A stretch of 64,000 nt of DNA from an uncultured Candidatus Rokubacteria bacterium (GCA_963708025.1 CAVPSB010000014.1:32001-96000), one strand, 5' to 3'; shown: positions 50,660 to 59,677, counted from the first letter of the stretch. Translations and numbers: made by a program. Notes: generated by a model from the letters alone, not told the origin.

Positions 50660-52027
50660 ATGATCGACGGAGACGTGAGCGGCCGGCTTTCCGAGACGCG
50701 GCCCGAGTCGGCGGCCTGGTACGCGCGGGCGCAGCAGGCGATCGCCGGCGGGGTTGGCCACGACCTCCGCCACGCGAGCCCGATGCCCACCTGCATCTCG
50801 CACGGGCTCGGCGCCTACAAGTGGGACGTCAACGGCCATCGCTACATCGACTACGGGCTCGGCAACGCCGCCCTCCTGCTGGGCCACGCCCATCCCGCCA
50901 TCGTCGCCGCCGTCCGGGAGGCGGTCGGCCGCGGGACCCACTTCGGGAACGACCACCCGGACCAGGTGCGGTGGGCGGAGGCGATCACGCGGCTGGTCCC
51001 GTGCGCCGAGCGCGTCCGCTTCGTGAACTCGGGCAGCGAGGCCAACATGCTCGCCGCGCGCCTGGCCCGGGCCTTCAGCGGGCGGGGGAAGCTCCTGCGC
51101 TTCGAGGGTCACTTCCACGGCTGGCACGACGACCTCGTCAGCGGCTTCGCGTGTCCCTTCGACGCGCCGACCAGCCTGGGACTCGCCCCCGGGACGGCGC
51201 TCGGCTCGATCATGATCCCGGCCAACGACCTCGACCGGCTCGATCGGACCCTGCGGGCGGACCGCGACGTGGCCGCCATCATCCTCGAGCCCTCGGGCGC
51301 CTCGTGGGGGACGGTGCCGCTCGCCCCCGGCTTCCTGGCCGGCGTCCGCGAGCTGGCGACCCGCCACGGCGTGCTCCTCATCTTCGACGAGGTGATCACC
51401 GGCTTCCGCTGGGCGCCCGGCGGAGCCCAGGAGCGGTCCGGGGTGACGCCCGACCTCTCGACCCACGCCAAGGTGATCGCCGGCGGGATGCCCGGCGCCG
51501 CCGTCTGCGGTCGGGCCGACGTCATGGACCTGATGACGATCCGCGGGGACGCGCGCCGCGATCGCCACCAGCGGGTGCTCCACCTCGGGACGTTCAACGC
51601 CAACCCGGTGTCGGCCGCCGCTGCCCTGGCCTGTCTCGACATCGTGTCCACCGGCCAGCCCCAGCGCCACGCCGACGCGATCGCGGCCCGGCTGCGCGAG
51701 GAGCTGGATGCCGTCCTCGACCGCCGCGGGATCGCCGGCTACGTCTACGGCGAGGCCTCGACGTTCCACGTCTACCTGGAGGCCGCCCCCGGGAGCGGTC
51801 GCCCTCGCGAGGCCCTCCGCACGCTCGACGCCGTCACGCTCAAGTCGATCCCCGGGTCCGTGGTCGCCGCCGTCCAGAACGGCTTGCGAGCGCGCGGCAT
51901 GGAGCTGATGAGCTACACGGGCGGCGTCACCAGCGCGGCCCACACCGAGGCCGACGTGGCGGAGACGGTGGCCGCCTTCGACGACCTGGTGGGCGAGCTG
52001 GCCGGCACGGTGCTCGCCAAGGCCTGA
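50660..52027 (+). CDS. Class III aminotransferase, glutamate-1-semialdehyde aminomutase-like
   Basis: RFVNSGSEA, FEGHFHG, FDEVITGFR, AKVIAGGMP, GTFNANP. Confidence 0.9.
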   Translation: MIDGDVSGRLSETRPESAAWYARAQQAIAGGVGHDLRHASPMPTCISHGLGAYKWDVNGHRYIDYGLGNAALLLGHAHPAIVAAVREAVGRGTHFGNDHPDQVRWAEAITRLVPCAERVRFVNSGSEANMLAARLARAFSGRGKLLRFEGHFHGWHDDLVSGFACPFDAPTSLGLAPGTALGSIMIPANDLDRLDRTLRADRDVAAIILEPSGASWGTVPLAPGFLAGVRELATRHGVLLIFDEVITGFRWAPGGAQERSGVTPDLSTHAKVIAGGMPGAAVCGRADVMDLMTIRGDARRDRHQRVLHLGTFNANPVSAAAALACLDIVSTGQPQRHADAIAARLREELDAVLDRRGIAGYVYGEASTFHVYLEAAPGSGRPREALRTLDAVTLKSIPGSVVAAVQNGLRARGMELMSYTGGVTSAAHTEADVAETVAAFDDLVGELAGTVLAKA

Positions 52028-52039
52028 CGGCATCCGGGC

Positions 52040-52777
52040 GTGAGGCTTCGCGGCAAGGCGACGGCGGTGACGGGCGCCACGCGCGGCATCGGCCGCGCGA
52101 TCGCGCTGGCGTTCGCCCGGGAGGGCGCCGACGTCCTCGTCAACGGGCGCGACGTGACGGCGGGCGCCAAGGTGTGCGCGGAGATCGAGGCCCTCGGCCG
52201 CCGCGCGGTCTGGCACGCGGCCGATCTCGGCCGGGTCGCCGAGGCCCGGGGCGTGGTGGCGGCGGCGGTCGCGGCCTTCGGCCGGCTCGACGTGCTGGTG
52301 AACAACGCGGGCTTGTTCGAGCGGAAGCCGGCCCTCGAGATGGAAGAGGCCGACTGGGACCGCCTGCTCGACGTGAACCTGAAGGGCGCCTTCTTCTGCG
52401 CCCAGGCCGCCGCCCGGGCGATGCGCGGCCGCGGCGGGGTCATCGTGAACGTGGCCTCCGACGCCGCCTGGAGCGGCGGGCTCAACCCCTGCGCCCACTA
52501 CGCGGCGTCCAAGGCCGGGCTCGTCTCGATCACGCGCTCGCTGGCCAAGGAGCTGGCGCCCCACGGGATCCGCGTCAACGCGCTCGCCCCCGGCCTCATC
52601 GCCACCGAGATGGGGGGCACCGCCGGCTCGACGCTCCCGGGCCTGGTCATCCCGCTCGGCCGCGAGGGGACGCCGGAGGAGGTGGCGGCCTCCACCGTCT
52701 TCCTCGCCTCGGACGAGGCCAGCTACGTGACCGGCGCCAACTTGAACCTGAGCGGCGGTTTGTTCCTCGACCGATGA
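52040..52777 (+). CDS. SDR family oxidoreductase (FabG-like)
   Basis: TGATRGIG, NNAG, YAASK, NALAPG. Confidence 0.93.
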   Translation: MRLRGKATAVTGATRGIGRAIALAFAREGADVLVNGRDVTAGAKVCAEIEALGRRAVWHAADLGRVAEARGVVAAAVAAFGRLDVLVNNAGLFERKPALEMEEADWDRLLDVNLKGAFFCAQAAARAMRGRGGVIVNVASDAAWSGGLNPCAHYAASKAGLVSITRSLAKELAPHGIRVNALAPGLIATEMGGTAGSTLPGLVIPLGREGTPEEVAASTVFLASDEASYVTGANLNLSGGLFLDR

Positions 52778-52784
52778 GTTCTGA

Positions 52785-53627
52785 ATGAGCCCCATCATCG
52801 ACTCGCACCTCCACGTCTGGGACGAGACGGCGGCCGGGAAGGACCCGGGGCCGATGACGAACGCCTACAGCCCCCAGTCCCCGGCGCCGGTGGAGCTGTT
52901 CCGCGACTACATGGACGAGGCCGGCGTCCAGCGGGCCGTGTTCGTCCAGCCCTGGTTCTACCACTGGGACAACGCGTACATGGCCCGCTGCCTCCAGCGC
53001 GACCCGGACCGGTTCCGCGGCGTCTGCGTCATCGACCCCCGTGGCCCCGCGGCGCCCGAGGCGCTGCGGCGCTGGCGGGCCCAGGGGGTGACGGGTATCC
53101 GGCTGCGCGAGCGCCGCGCGGGCGAGGACCCGGCGCCCGGACCCTGGTTCGGGACCGACGAGACGCTCCCGCTCTGGGAGGCGATCGCCGAGACTGGCAC
53201 GATCGTCTGCCCGCTGTCCGTGGGGCCCGAGCTGACCCGCCTCCACGACCTCCTGCGGCGCTTCCCCTCGGTCCGGGTGGTCGTGGACCACCTCAACAAC
53301 CCGGTCCCGGCCGAGGGCCTCGGGCAGCCGGCCTTCCAGGCGCTCCTCGACGTCGCCCGCCTGCCCCAGGTCCACGCCAAGCTTTCCGGCTTCCACCACT
53401 GGTGCCGCGAGCGCTACCCTTATCCGGACGCGATGCCGTTCGTGGAGGCGGTGGTCAAAGCCTTCGGGGCGGAGCGGTGCATGTGGGGCTCCGACTTCCC
53501 CCACGTGCTGGCCGGCTGCGGCTACGTCCGCAACCGGAACCTGCTGCCCCGGGCGCTGCGATCCCTGTCGAAGCCGGAGCTGGACGCGATCATGGGGGGA
53601 ACGGCTGAACGCGTGTGGTTCTCGTAG
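52785..53627 (+). CDS. Amidohydrolase_2 family protein (lactonase-like)
   Basis: DSHLHVW, VVDHL, KLSG, WGSDFP. Confidence 0.92.
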   Translation: MSPIIDSHLHVWDETAAGKDPGPMTNAYSPQSPAPVELFRDYMDEAGVQRAVFVQPWFYHWDNAYMARCLQRDPDRFRGVCVIDPRGPAAPEALRRWRAQGVTGIRLRERRAGEDPAPGPWFGTDETLPLWEAIAETGTIVCPLSVGPELTRLHDLLRRFPSVRVVVDHLNNPVPAEGLGQPAFQALLDVARLPQVHAKLSGFHHWCRERYPYPDAMPFVEAVVKAFGAERCMWGSDFPHVLAGCGYVRNRNLLPRALRSLSKPELDAIMGGTAERVWFS

Positions 53628-53662
53628 GTTAACCGGCAACCATCAAGAGAAAGGACGAGCCA

Positions 53663-54010
53663 GTGAGCATCGACCGTCATGGCGTGGGGGCGCGGCTGAG
53701 CCAGGGCGTGAAGCACGGAGACACCATCTACATCGCGGGCCAGGTAGCCGACGACCCGTCGGCCGGCGCCAAGGGACAGACCGAGCAGATCCTCCGGAAG
53801 ATCGACGCGGTGCTCGCGCACTTCGGCAGCCACAAGTCGAAGCTCCTGTCCGCCACCGTGTATGTGGGCAGCATGGGCTCCTACGACGAGATGAACGCGG
53901 CCTGGGACACCTGGGTGGAGAAGGGGCAGGCGCCGGCCCGGGCGACCGTCGAGACCCGGCTGGCCCGACCCCAGTACCTGGTCGAGATCGCCGCCATCGC
54001 GGCGGCGTGA
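53663..54010 (+). CDS. RidA/YoaB-like (Rid2) protein
   Basis: YIAGQVA, MNAAWD.W, PARATVE, VEI. Confidence 0.93.
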   Translation: MSIDRHGVGARLSQGVKHGDTIYIAGQVADDPSAGAKGQTEQILRKIDAVLAHFGSHKSKLLSATVYVGSMGSYDEMNAAWDTWVEKGQAPARATVETRLARPQYLVEIAAIAAA

Positions 54011-54075
54011 CGCCAGGCTCCCAGGGGGCGTCATGAACACACCGGAAGGAGCTGGCGGGGGCGCGGGCGAGCGGC

Positions 54076-55218
54076 GTGCCCGCCTCGCTGATCCGCCACA
54101 TGTACGATGCCGCCCAGGACGTCCCGGGCGCGGTCAGCCTGGCCGTCGGCGAGCCGGATTTCCCGACGCCGGCCCACATCGTGGAGGCGGGCCAGGCGGC
54201 GCTCCGGGACGGCTGGACCCGCTACTCGCCGAACGCTGGCTACCGGGATCTGCGCGAGGCCATCGCCGGGAAGCTCCGCCGGGTGAACGGCCTCGACGTG
54301 GACCCGGAGACCCAGGTCTTCGTCACGGTGGGCGCGATGAACGCCCTCATGCTGACGTTCCTGGTCGGCCTCGACCCCGGCGACGAGGTCATCGTCACCG
54401 ATCCGTGCTACTGCAACTACGTCTCCCAGATCGCGCTGGCCGGGGCCCGACCGGTGTTCGTGCGCGTCGCCCCCGAGAACGGCTATCTGCCGGCCGTGGA
54501 CGCGCTGGAGGCGGCGATCACGCCGCGAACCCGCGCGATCCTCATCAACAGCCCGGCCAACCCGACCGGCGCCGTGTTCCCGCGCGACCTCCTGCACGCC
54601 ATCGCCGAGCTGGTCGTCCGCCACGACCTGCTGCTGGTCTCCGACGAGGCGTACGAGGCGCTGGTCTACGGCGACATCCGCAGCGTGAGCCCGGCGGCCT
54701 TCCCCGGGCTGGCCGACCGGACGGTCTCCATCTACTCCTTCTCCAAGGAGTACGCGATGACCGGCTGGCGCGTCGGCTACCTGACCGGCCCCGCGCCGAT
54801 GCTGAAGGTGATGGCGACCGTGCAGGAGCAGGTAGCCTCGTGCGTGAACGCGGGCGCCCAGCGGGCGGCGCTGGCGGCCCTCACCGGGCCTCAGGACTGC
54901 GTCGAGGCGATGCGGCAGGCGTACCAGCGGCGCCGGGACCTGATCGTCGAGCGGCTCAACCGGATCCCCGGCGTCCGCTGCCCCCGGCCCGACGGCGCCT
55001 TCTACGTCTTCCCCGACGTCCGGGCGATCACCCACGACACGAAGACGCTCGCCGAGCGGCTCCTCTTCGACCACAAGGTGGTCGTCTCGCCCGGCGAGGC
55101 CTTCGGCCCCGACTCGGCCGGCTTCCTCCGGCTGTCCTACGCCCCGTCGGAGGACGCGATCAACGAGGCCGTCGACCGCCTCGAGGCCGGCCTCGCCCGC
55201 GCGCGGAGCCAAGCCTAG
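54076..55218 (+). CDS. Class I/II PLP aminotransferase (aspartate aminotransferase-like)
   Basis: GEPDF, NSPANPTG, SDEAY, SFSKEYAMTGWRVG; the true start may be near 54033 via a frameshift. Confidence 0.93.
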   Translation: MPASLIRHMYDAAQDVPGAVSLAVGEPDFPTPAHIVEAGQAALRDGWTRYSPNAGYRDLREAIAGKLRRVNGLDVDPETQVFVTVGAMNALMLTFLVGLDPGDEVIVTDPCYCNYVSQIALAGARPVFVRVAPENGYLPAVDALEAAITPRTRAILINSPANPTGAVFPRDLLHAIAELVVRHDLLLVSDEAYEALVYGDIRSVSPAAFPGLADRTVSIYSFSKEYAMTGWRVGYLTGPAPMLKVMATVQEQVASCVNAGAQRAALAALTGPQDCVEAMRQAYQRRRDLIVERLNRIPGVRCPRPDGAFYVFPDVRAITHDTKTLAERLLFDHKVVVSPGEAFGPDSAGFLRLSYAPSEDAINEAVDRLEAGLARARSQA

Positions 55219-55223
55219 CCCCC

Positions 55224-55267
55224 TCTCCGCTCCCTCTCCCTTCCAGGGAGAGGGTTGGGGTGAGGGT
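55224..55267 (-). repeat. REP-like family B hairpin
   Basis: Reverse complement ACCCTCACCCCAACCCTCTCCCTGGAAGGGAGAGGGAGCGGAG. Confidence 0.85.
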
Positions 55268-55409
55268 CGAGGTCCTGGACGACATCGCGACCTACGCGCG
55301 CCTCGGCGTGAGCGAGCTGATCTTCGACTTCCGGAGCGAGCGGCTGGAGGAGAGCCTGGAGCGCATGGAGCGCTCTGGCGCGCTCGTGAAGCCCGAGCGC
55401 GCCGGCTGA
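55266..55409 (+). pseudogene. C-terminal remnant of an LLM-class oxidoreductase
   Basis: EVLDDIATYARLGVSELIFDF...ERMER resembles LLM C-termini; no start, begins at the REP hairpin. Confidence 0.55.
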
Positions 55410-55466
55410 GAGGGTTCGCTGAGTCGAAGGTCAGACTGAGAGTCGCGGCGTCCAGGGCCCCGGTCC

Positions 55467-55492
55467 TGTTGCGTGTTGCGCAACACGCAACA
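55467..55492. promoter_or_regulatory. Perfect 26-bp palindrome related to the Xre-associated operator motif
   Basis: TGTTGCGTGTTGCGCAACACGCAACA. Confidence 0.7.
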
Positions 55493-55745
55493 CGAAGGCG
55501 TCGGCGGCCGAGAGGAAGCGTCGCCGGGTCGGCTCACCGCTGCGCCCGCGCGTGCACGTCCGCTCCTCCGTCGCCGCTCTAGGTGAGCCACGTCACGCCG
55601 AGCAGATGCCCGGGCAGCGCCATGGTCCGCGCGCTCCCCCTCTCGATGCCGATGGGCCGGCCAGCCTCGGCTTGACGCGGTTAGTCATTGCGTTGCCGCC
55701 TCGGCCACCGCGGCGTCGTGCGCGTAAAGCCAGCCGATCGCCGGA

Positions 55746-55850
55746 ATCGAACACCTGAACGTCGAACCCGGCGTGCAGCAGCGAGAGCGCCGCCGCCAGG
55801 CCGCCGATGCCCCCGCCGACGACGGCAACGGACAGCTCGCCCGGGCTCAT
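55746..55850 (-). pseudogene. N-terminal remnant of an FAD-dependent monooxygenase
   Basis: MSPGELSVAVVGGGIGGLAAALSLLHAGFDVQVFD Rossmann motif, then similarity stops. Confidence 0.7.
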
Positions 55851-55980
55851 CCCATCTCGATCGGTAGCGAGGGGTCTTTCGATGCCGTCTAGGATCCTAG
55901 CGAAATCGGCCGGCTGGGACACCTCCATCGTGCTGGCCGTGATCTCGATGGCCGCGATGGCCTTGGCGTCCGAATGAGCC

Positions 55981-56631
55981 CTACAATGGCGCCGGGGCGT
56001 AGAGGACGAAGCGCATCGACGTGGGGTTGTGGGCGTTGGTCGGGGTGATGTCGGAGGGGCAGGCCGAGTTGGCGACGACGAGGTCCATCTCGGCCAGGAG
56101 GTCCGCGTAGTCGCCGGCCTTCGACACCGGCGCCATCGGCACGAGGGTGCCGTCGGGATCGACCGGCCACCGCATGAACAGGTTGAACGAGAAGGGGATC
56201 TCCCGCGCGGCCATGCCCCAGGGGGCCATCGCCTCGGCCAGGTTGCCGCGGCAGCTCCGGTGCGGGGCGTGGTGGTCGAGGCGGTTCCGGTAGTACTCGT
56301 CGCTGCAGGAGCCACAGATCAGGTCGTGGACCCCGACCGTGTCGGCGACGAGCCGCATCATGGGCCGGCCCCGGTCCGACACGAGCGCGGCGCCCACCTT
56401 CGGGTAGATCGTCCGGTTGAACAGCACCGTGTTCTGGGGCGAGTAGCGCTCGGCCAGGTCGTGGCGGTTGAAGCAGACCAGGTCGCCGACCTGCTGGCCC
56501 TCGACGTCGATCACCCGGAGCGCCTGGCCCCGCGCCACCTCGATGGCCGCCCCGTGGCGCGCCGGGATCTCCACGACCTGCAGCACGCGCCCCGGGACCG
56601 GGTCCTTCCCCGTCTGGCTCGACGACGTCAT
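55981..56631 (-). CDS. DUF1989 / urea-carboxylase-associated family protein
   Basis: DVEGQQVGD, HDLICGSC, SCRGNL, FNLFM, AEMDLVVANSACP. Confidence 0.92.
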   Translation of the reverse strand: MTSSSQTGKDPVPGRVLQVVEIPARHGAAIEVARGQALRVIDVEGQQVGDLVCFNRHDLAERYSPQNTVLFNRTIYPKVGAALVSDRGRPMMRLVADTVGVHDLICGSCSDEYYRNRLDHHAPHRSCRGNLAEAMAPWGMAAREIPFSFNLFMRWPVDPDGTLVPMAPVSKAGDYADLLAEMDLVVANSACPSDITPTNAHNPTSMRFVLYAPAPL

Positions 56632-57372
56632 CGGTCGGCTCCTCCTTCGCCGTTCCGGGTGAGCCACGTCACGCCGAGCGGGCGCCCGGGCAGCGTGATG
56701 GCTCGCTCGCTCGATACCTCGATGCCGATCGGCCCCTCCTCGGCCCCCGGGTCGATCTCGACCGCGATCCGCATGGGCGAGCCCGGCCAGCGGTAGACGA
56801 GCTCGCCGTCCTCGCCGGCCGAGGCCTCGCCCTGGAGCACGGTCTCCCACTGGGCCCGCGCCCGCTCCCGGGAGTGCGCCCGCAGCCGGAGGCCGAGGAC
56901 GGTGACGGGCGGGGGCGGGGCGGCCGGCCCCGGCGGGATCGGCATGCGGAAGGGTGGCCGGTCGTCGGGGCCGGCGGCCTCGGCGAGCTGCACCACGATG
57001 CCCAGCGCTCGGCGGGGGTGGAGGAACGCTTCCTTCCAGCTGGGGCGGGACTCGTCGCGCCCGACGACCTCGTAGCCGAGCCCTTGCGCGCGCCGGCAGG
57101 CGCCGTCGAGGCTCGGGACCTTGAAGGTCACGTGGTGGATGCCGGGTCCGCGCTGGGCCAGGAAGCGGTGGAGGAAGCCGTCCGCGCCGCTCGGCTCCAG
57201 GATCTCGACGCGCCCACCGCCCGCGAAGAGCCAGCAGCCCCAGTTGAAGCCGCGCGAGGGCGAGGCGGCCTCGGGCACGCCGCCCAGCGCGCCGACTACC
57301 ACCGGCCGGCGCGTCGGCGATCCGCGGCAGCCCGATCGCGATGTGGTCGAAGACGATCCCGCGTGCGCTCAT
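56628..57372 (-). CDS. VOC/glyoxalase family protein, methylmalonyl-CoA epimerase-like (frameshift near 57305)
   Basis: FDHIAIG; EILEP, FLAQRGPGIHHVTFKV, WKEAFLHPR..GIVVQL. Confidence 0.85.
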
Positions 57373-57417
57373 CCCGATCTGGTAGTATAAGGCCGGTTTT
57401 GCCACGAGGAGGCCCGC

Positions 57418-57981
57418 ATGCCGGAATCGATTCCCGCGTCGCTCGTCATCGACACCCTCAAGGACACCTTCCGCGAGGCCCGCGCCGCGCTGGCCGCCGA
57501 GGGCCGGGGCGCGTCGGGGCACGCCGAGCCCCTCGGCTGGGTCCTGAGCGTGCCCGACACCCACCAGCGGACGGTGCTGGCCGCGCTCGACAAGGAGCGG
57601 GCGATCCGGGTCGTCACCTGCTCCACCGAGGACGAGGCCAACGCCATCGCGGCCGGGCTCTACATGGGCGGGGAGCCGTTCGTGCTGATGATCCAGCACG
57701 CCGGGCTCTACGCCTCGATCAACACCCTGCGCGGCGTGGCCATGGACGGCAAGGTGCCCGTGCTCTACCTCATCGGGCTCCTCAGCCGCGAGAAGGACAA
57801 GGACCCGCGCGAGTCGCGTCACTCGATGGTCCGGTTCTGCGAGCCGCTCCTCGACACGTTCGCGGTACCCCACGCGCGGCTGGAGGGCCCGAACGACGTC
57901 CACCTGATCCCCGAGTACTACCGCCTCGCCTGGCAGCGGCGCGGCCCGGCGGCGCTCCTCGTCGGCCTGGAAACCAGCTGA
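57418..57981 (+). CDS. ThDP decarboxylase alpha/PYR subunit (ComD-like)
   Basis: SVPD, CSTEDEANAIAAGLYMGG, MIQHAG..ASIN. Confidence 0.8.
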   Translation: MPESIPASLVIDTLKDTFREARAALAAEGRGASGHAEPLGWVLSVPDTHQRTVLAALDKERAIRVVTCSTEDEANAIAAGLYMGGEPFVLMIQHAGLYASINTLRGVAMDGKVPVLYLIGLLSREKDKDPRESRHSMVRFCEPLLDTFAVPHARLEGPNDVHLIPEYYRLAWQRRGPAALLVGLETS

Positions 57982-57997
57982 CCCCCCGGTTGACGCC

Positions 57998-58663
57998 ATG
58001 TTCGTCGGCCACCTCGGCGTCGGCCTCGCGCTGCGGCGCGCCGAGGACCAGGTGAGCCTCGGCGTGCTCTTCCCCGCGGCGCTGCTGCTCGACTTCCTGC
58101 TGGGGCTGTTCGTGTGGCTCGGGCTGGAGCGGGTCATCGTCCCGGACGACTACGCGAGGCTCCACTATCTCCGCTTCGAGTTCCCGTACTCGCACGGGCT
58201 CCTCGCCAGCCTCGCCTGGTCGGCCCTCGCGTTCGGCGCGACGGCGGCCTGGCTGCGGGGCCGGCCGCGGCGCGCGCCCGCCGCGGCGGTCGTGGCCCTG
58301 GCGGTCTTCTCGCACTTTCCGTGCGACGCCTTGGAGCACCCGCCCGAGCTGCCGCTGGCCGGGCCGGGGTCCCTCGCGATCGGTTTCGGACTGTGGGATC
58401 ACCTCGGCGTCGCGCTCGGCGTGGAAGCCGCGCTCGTCGCGGCCGGGCTCGTGCTCTACCTCGGCGCCGTCGCCCACCCGGGCCGACGCAAGCGGCTCGC
58501 CCTGGTCGCCGCGATGGTCGCGCTGTCGGCGCTGGCCTTCGGGGGCCAGGCTCTCTCGCCTACCCCGCCGAGCACGACCGCCAACGTCATCGCGTGGCTG
58601 ACGCTGCCGGTCGCCCTCGGCCGGTTCGGGTTCTGGATCGACCGACCCTCACGGGAGGCCTGA
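57998..58663 (+). CDS. Membrane protein, putative metal-dependent hydrolase
   Basis: MFVGH, PYSHGL, SHFPCD..H, GFGLW; several TM segments. Confidence 0.75.
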   Translation: MFVGHLGVGLALRRAEDQVSLGVLFPAALLLDFLLGLFVWLGLERVIVPDDYARLHYLRFEFPYSHGLLASLAWSALAFGATAAWLRGRPRRAPAAAVVALAVFSHFPCDALEHPPELPLAGPGSLAIGFGLWDHLGVALGVEAALVAAGLVLYLGAVAHPGRRKRLALVAAMVALSALAFGGQALSPTPPSTTANVIAWLTLPVALGRFGFWIDRPSREA

Positions 58664-58666
58664 CCG

Positions 58667-59239
58667 ATGGCCATGAAGCCGGAAGAGGTGCTCCGCGTCA
58701 TCGCCGCCGCTCGCGGCGACGCGATCTGCGTGCCCACCATGACGACGTCGCCCTCCTGGCGGACGATCGCGCCGGACGATCTCTCGGTGACCTGCGTCGG
58801 CTTCATGGGCGGCGCCTCGTCGCTCGGGCTCGGGCTGGCGCTGGCGCGGCCGGAGCGGCGCGTGATCGTCTTCGACGGGGACGGCTCCCTCCTGATGCAG
58901 CTCGGCTCCCTGGCGACCATCGCCGGCGCGGCCCCGCGGAACCTGCTCCACCTGGTGTTCAAGAACGCGGTCTATCACACCTCGGGCGCCCAGGAGATCC
59001 CGGGCGGGTCGGGGGTGGACTTCGCCGCGATGGCGAAGGGGGCGGGCTACCGGAACGCCTACACGATCGAGGACCTCGACGAGCTCCGGCGGCGCTTGCC
59101 CGCCCTCCTGCGCGAGGAGGGGCCGGTGCTCGTCCAGCTCTCCACCACGCTGGCCGACCAGACGCCGATGACGGCCCCGGGCGGCCGGCCCTTCCCCCAG
59201 CAGGTCCAGGACCTCCGCGCCAAGCTGCTCGCCGGATAG
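58667..59239 (+). CDS. ThDP decarboxylase beta/PP subunit (ComE-like)
   Basis: MGGASSLGLGLALA, DGDGSLLMQLGSLATI, N..Y..SG.Q. Confidence 0.85.
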   Translation: MAMKPEEVLRVIAAARGDAICVPTMTTSPSWRTIAPDDLSVTCVGFMGGASSLGLGLALARPERRVIVFDGDGSLLMQLGSLATIAGAAPRNLLHLVFKNAVYHTSGAQEIPGGSGVDFAAMAKGAGYRNAYTIEDLDELRRRLPALLREEGPVLVQLSTTLADQTPMTAPGGRPFPQQVQDLRAKLLAG

Positions 59240-59244
59240 ACCTC

Positions 59245-59315
59245 AGTTCGGGACCTCCCGCCCACCCCCCCAGCCCCCCTCCCCCACCCACCGGGGGGAG
59301 GGGGGAGCCGGAGAA
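59245..59315 (-). repeat. Dispersed repeat family A, short form
   Basis: Reverse complement TTCTCCGGCTCCCCCCTCCCCCCGG..GGGGGAGGGGGGC..GGGTGGGCGGGAGGTCCCGAACT; matches both ends of copy 610-743. Confidence 0.92.
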
Positions 59316-59325
59316 CCCCATTCCT

Positions 59326-59466
59326 TCACAGGCTCTCACTTTCGTCGGTCCCTCCCGTCAGGGAGAGCGTGGCGCCGAGCTTCAGGTCGGCGGCCATCGC
59401 CGGTGCTCCGGCCCCGAGCAGGACGAGTACGCCGATCATCGCGACCACACCGCGCCGTGTGCTCAT
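59326..59466 (-). pseudogene. Truncated LivJ-like ABC substrate-binding gene (signal peptide plus first strand only)
   Basis: MSTRRGVVAMIGVLVLLGAGAPAMAADLKLGATLSLTG, then a stop after 46 aa; GGAGGAG RBS. Confidence 0.7.
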
Positions 59467-59540
59467 CGTGGTTTCTCCTCCAGGGGGTCCTCTCGAGGCC
59501 GAGGCCAGGGTTCAGGGGTCTGCCAGGTCCGCTCGCCGCG

Positions 59541-59569
59541 ACCTTACCCGGCAGCCGACCCCTTGTCAA
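59541..59569 (-). promoter_or_regulatory. Putative sigma70 promoter
   Basis: TTGACA-17 bp-TAAGGT upstream of the truncated binding-protein gene. Confidence 0.55.
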
Positions 59570-59677
59570 GGAAGCCACTGCTGGTGAAGCGGGCAGGTAC
59601 TCACGGCCGTCAGGTCGGGGGTGGGGATCACGTTGATCGGAACCCGCGTCGCCAGGGAGGGAGAGGGAGCGGACGGC

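Noticed and set aside
50660-52027. Calling this gene hemL
   Set aside because: Family motifs are present but the N-terminus diverges and the context is catabolic, with no tetrapyrrole genes
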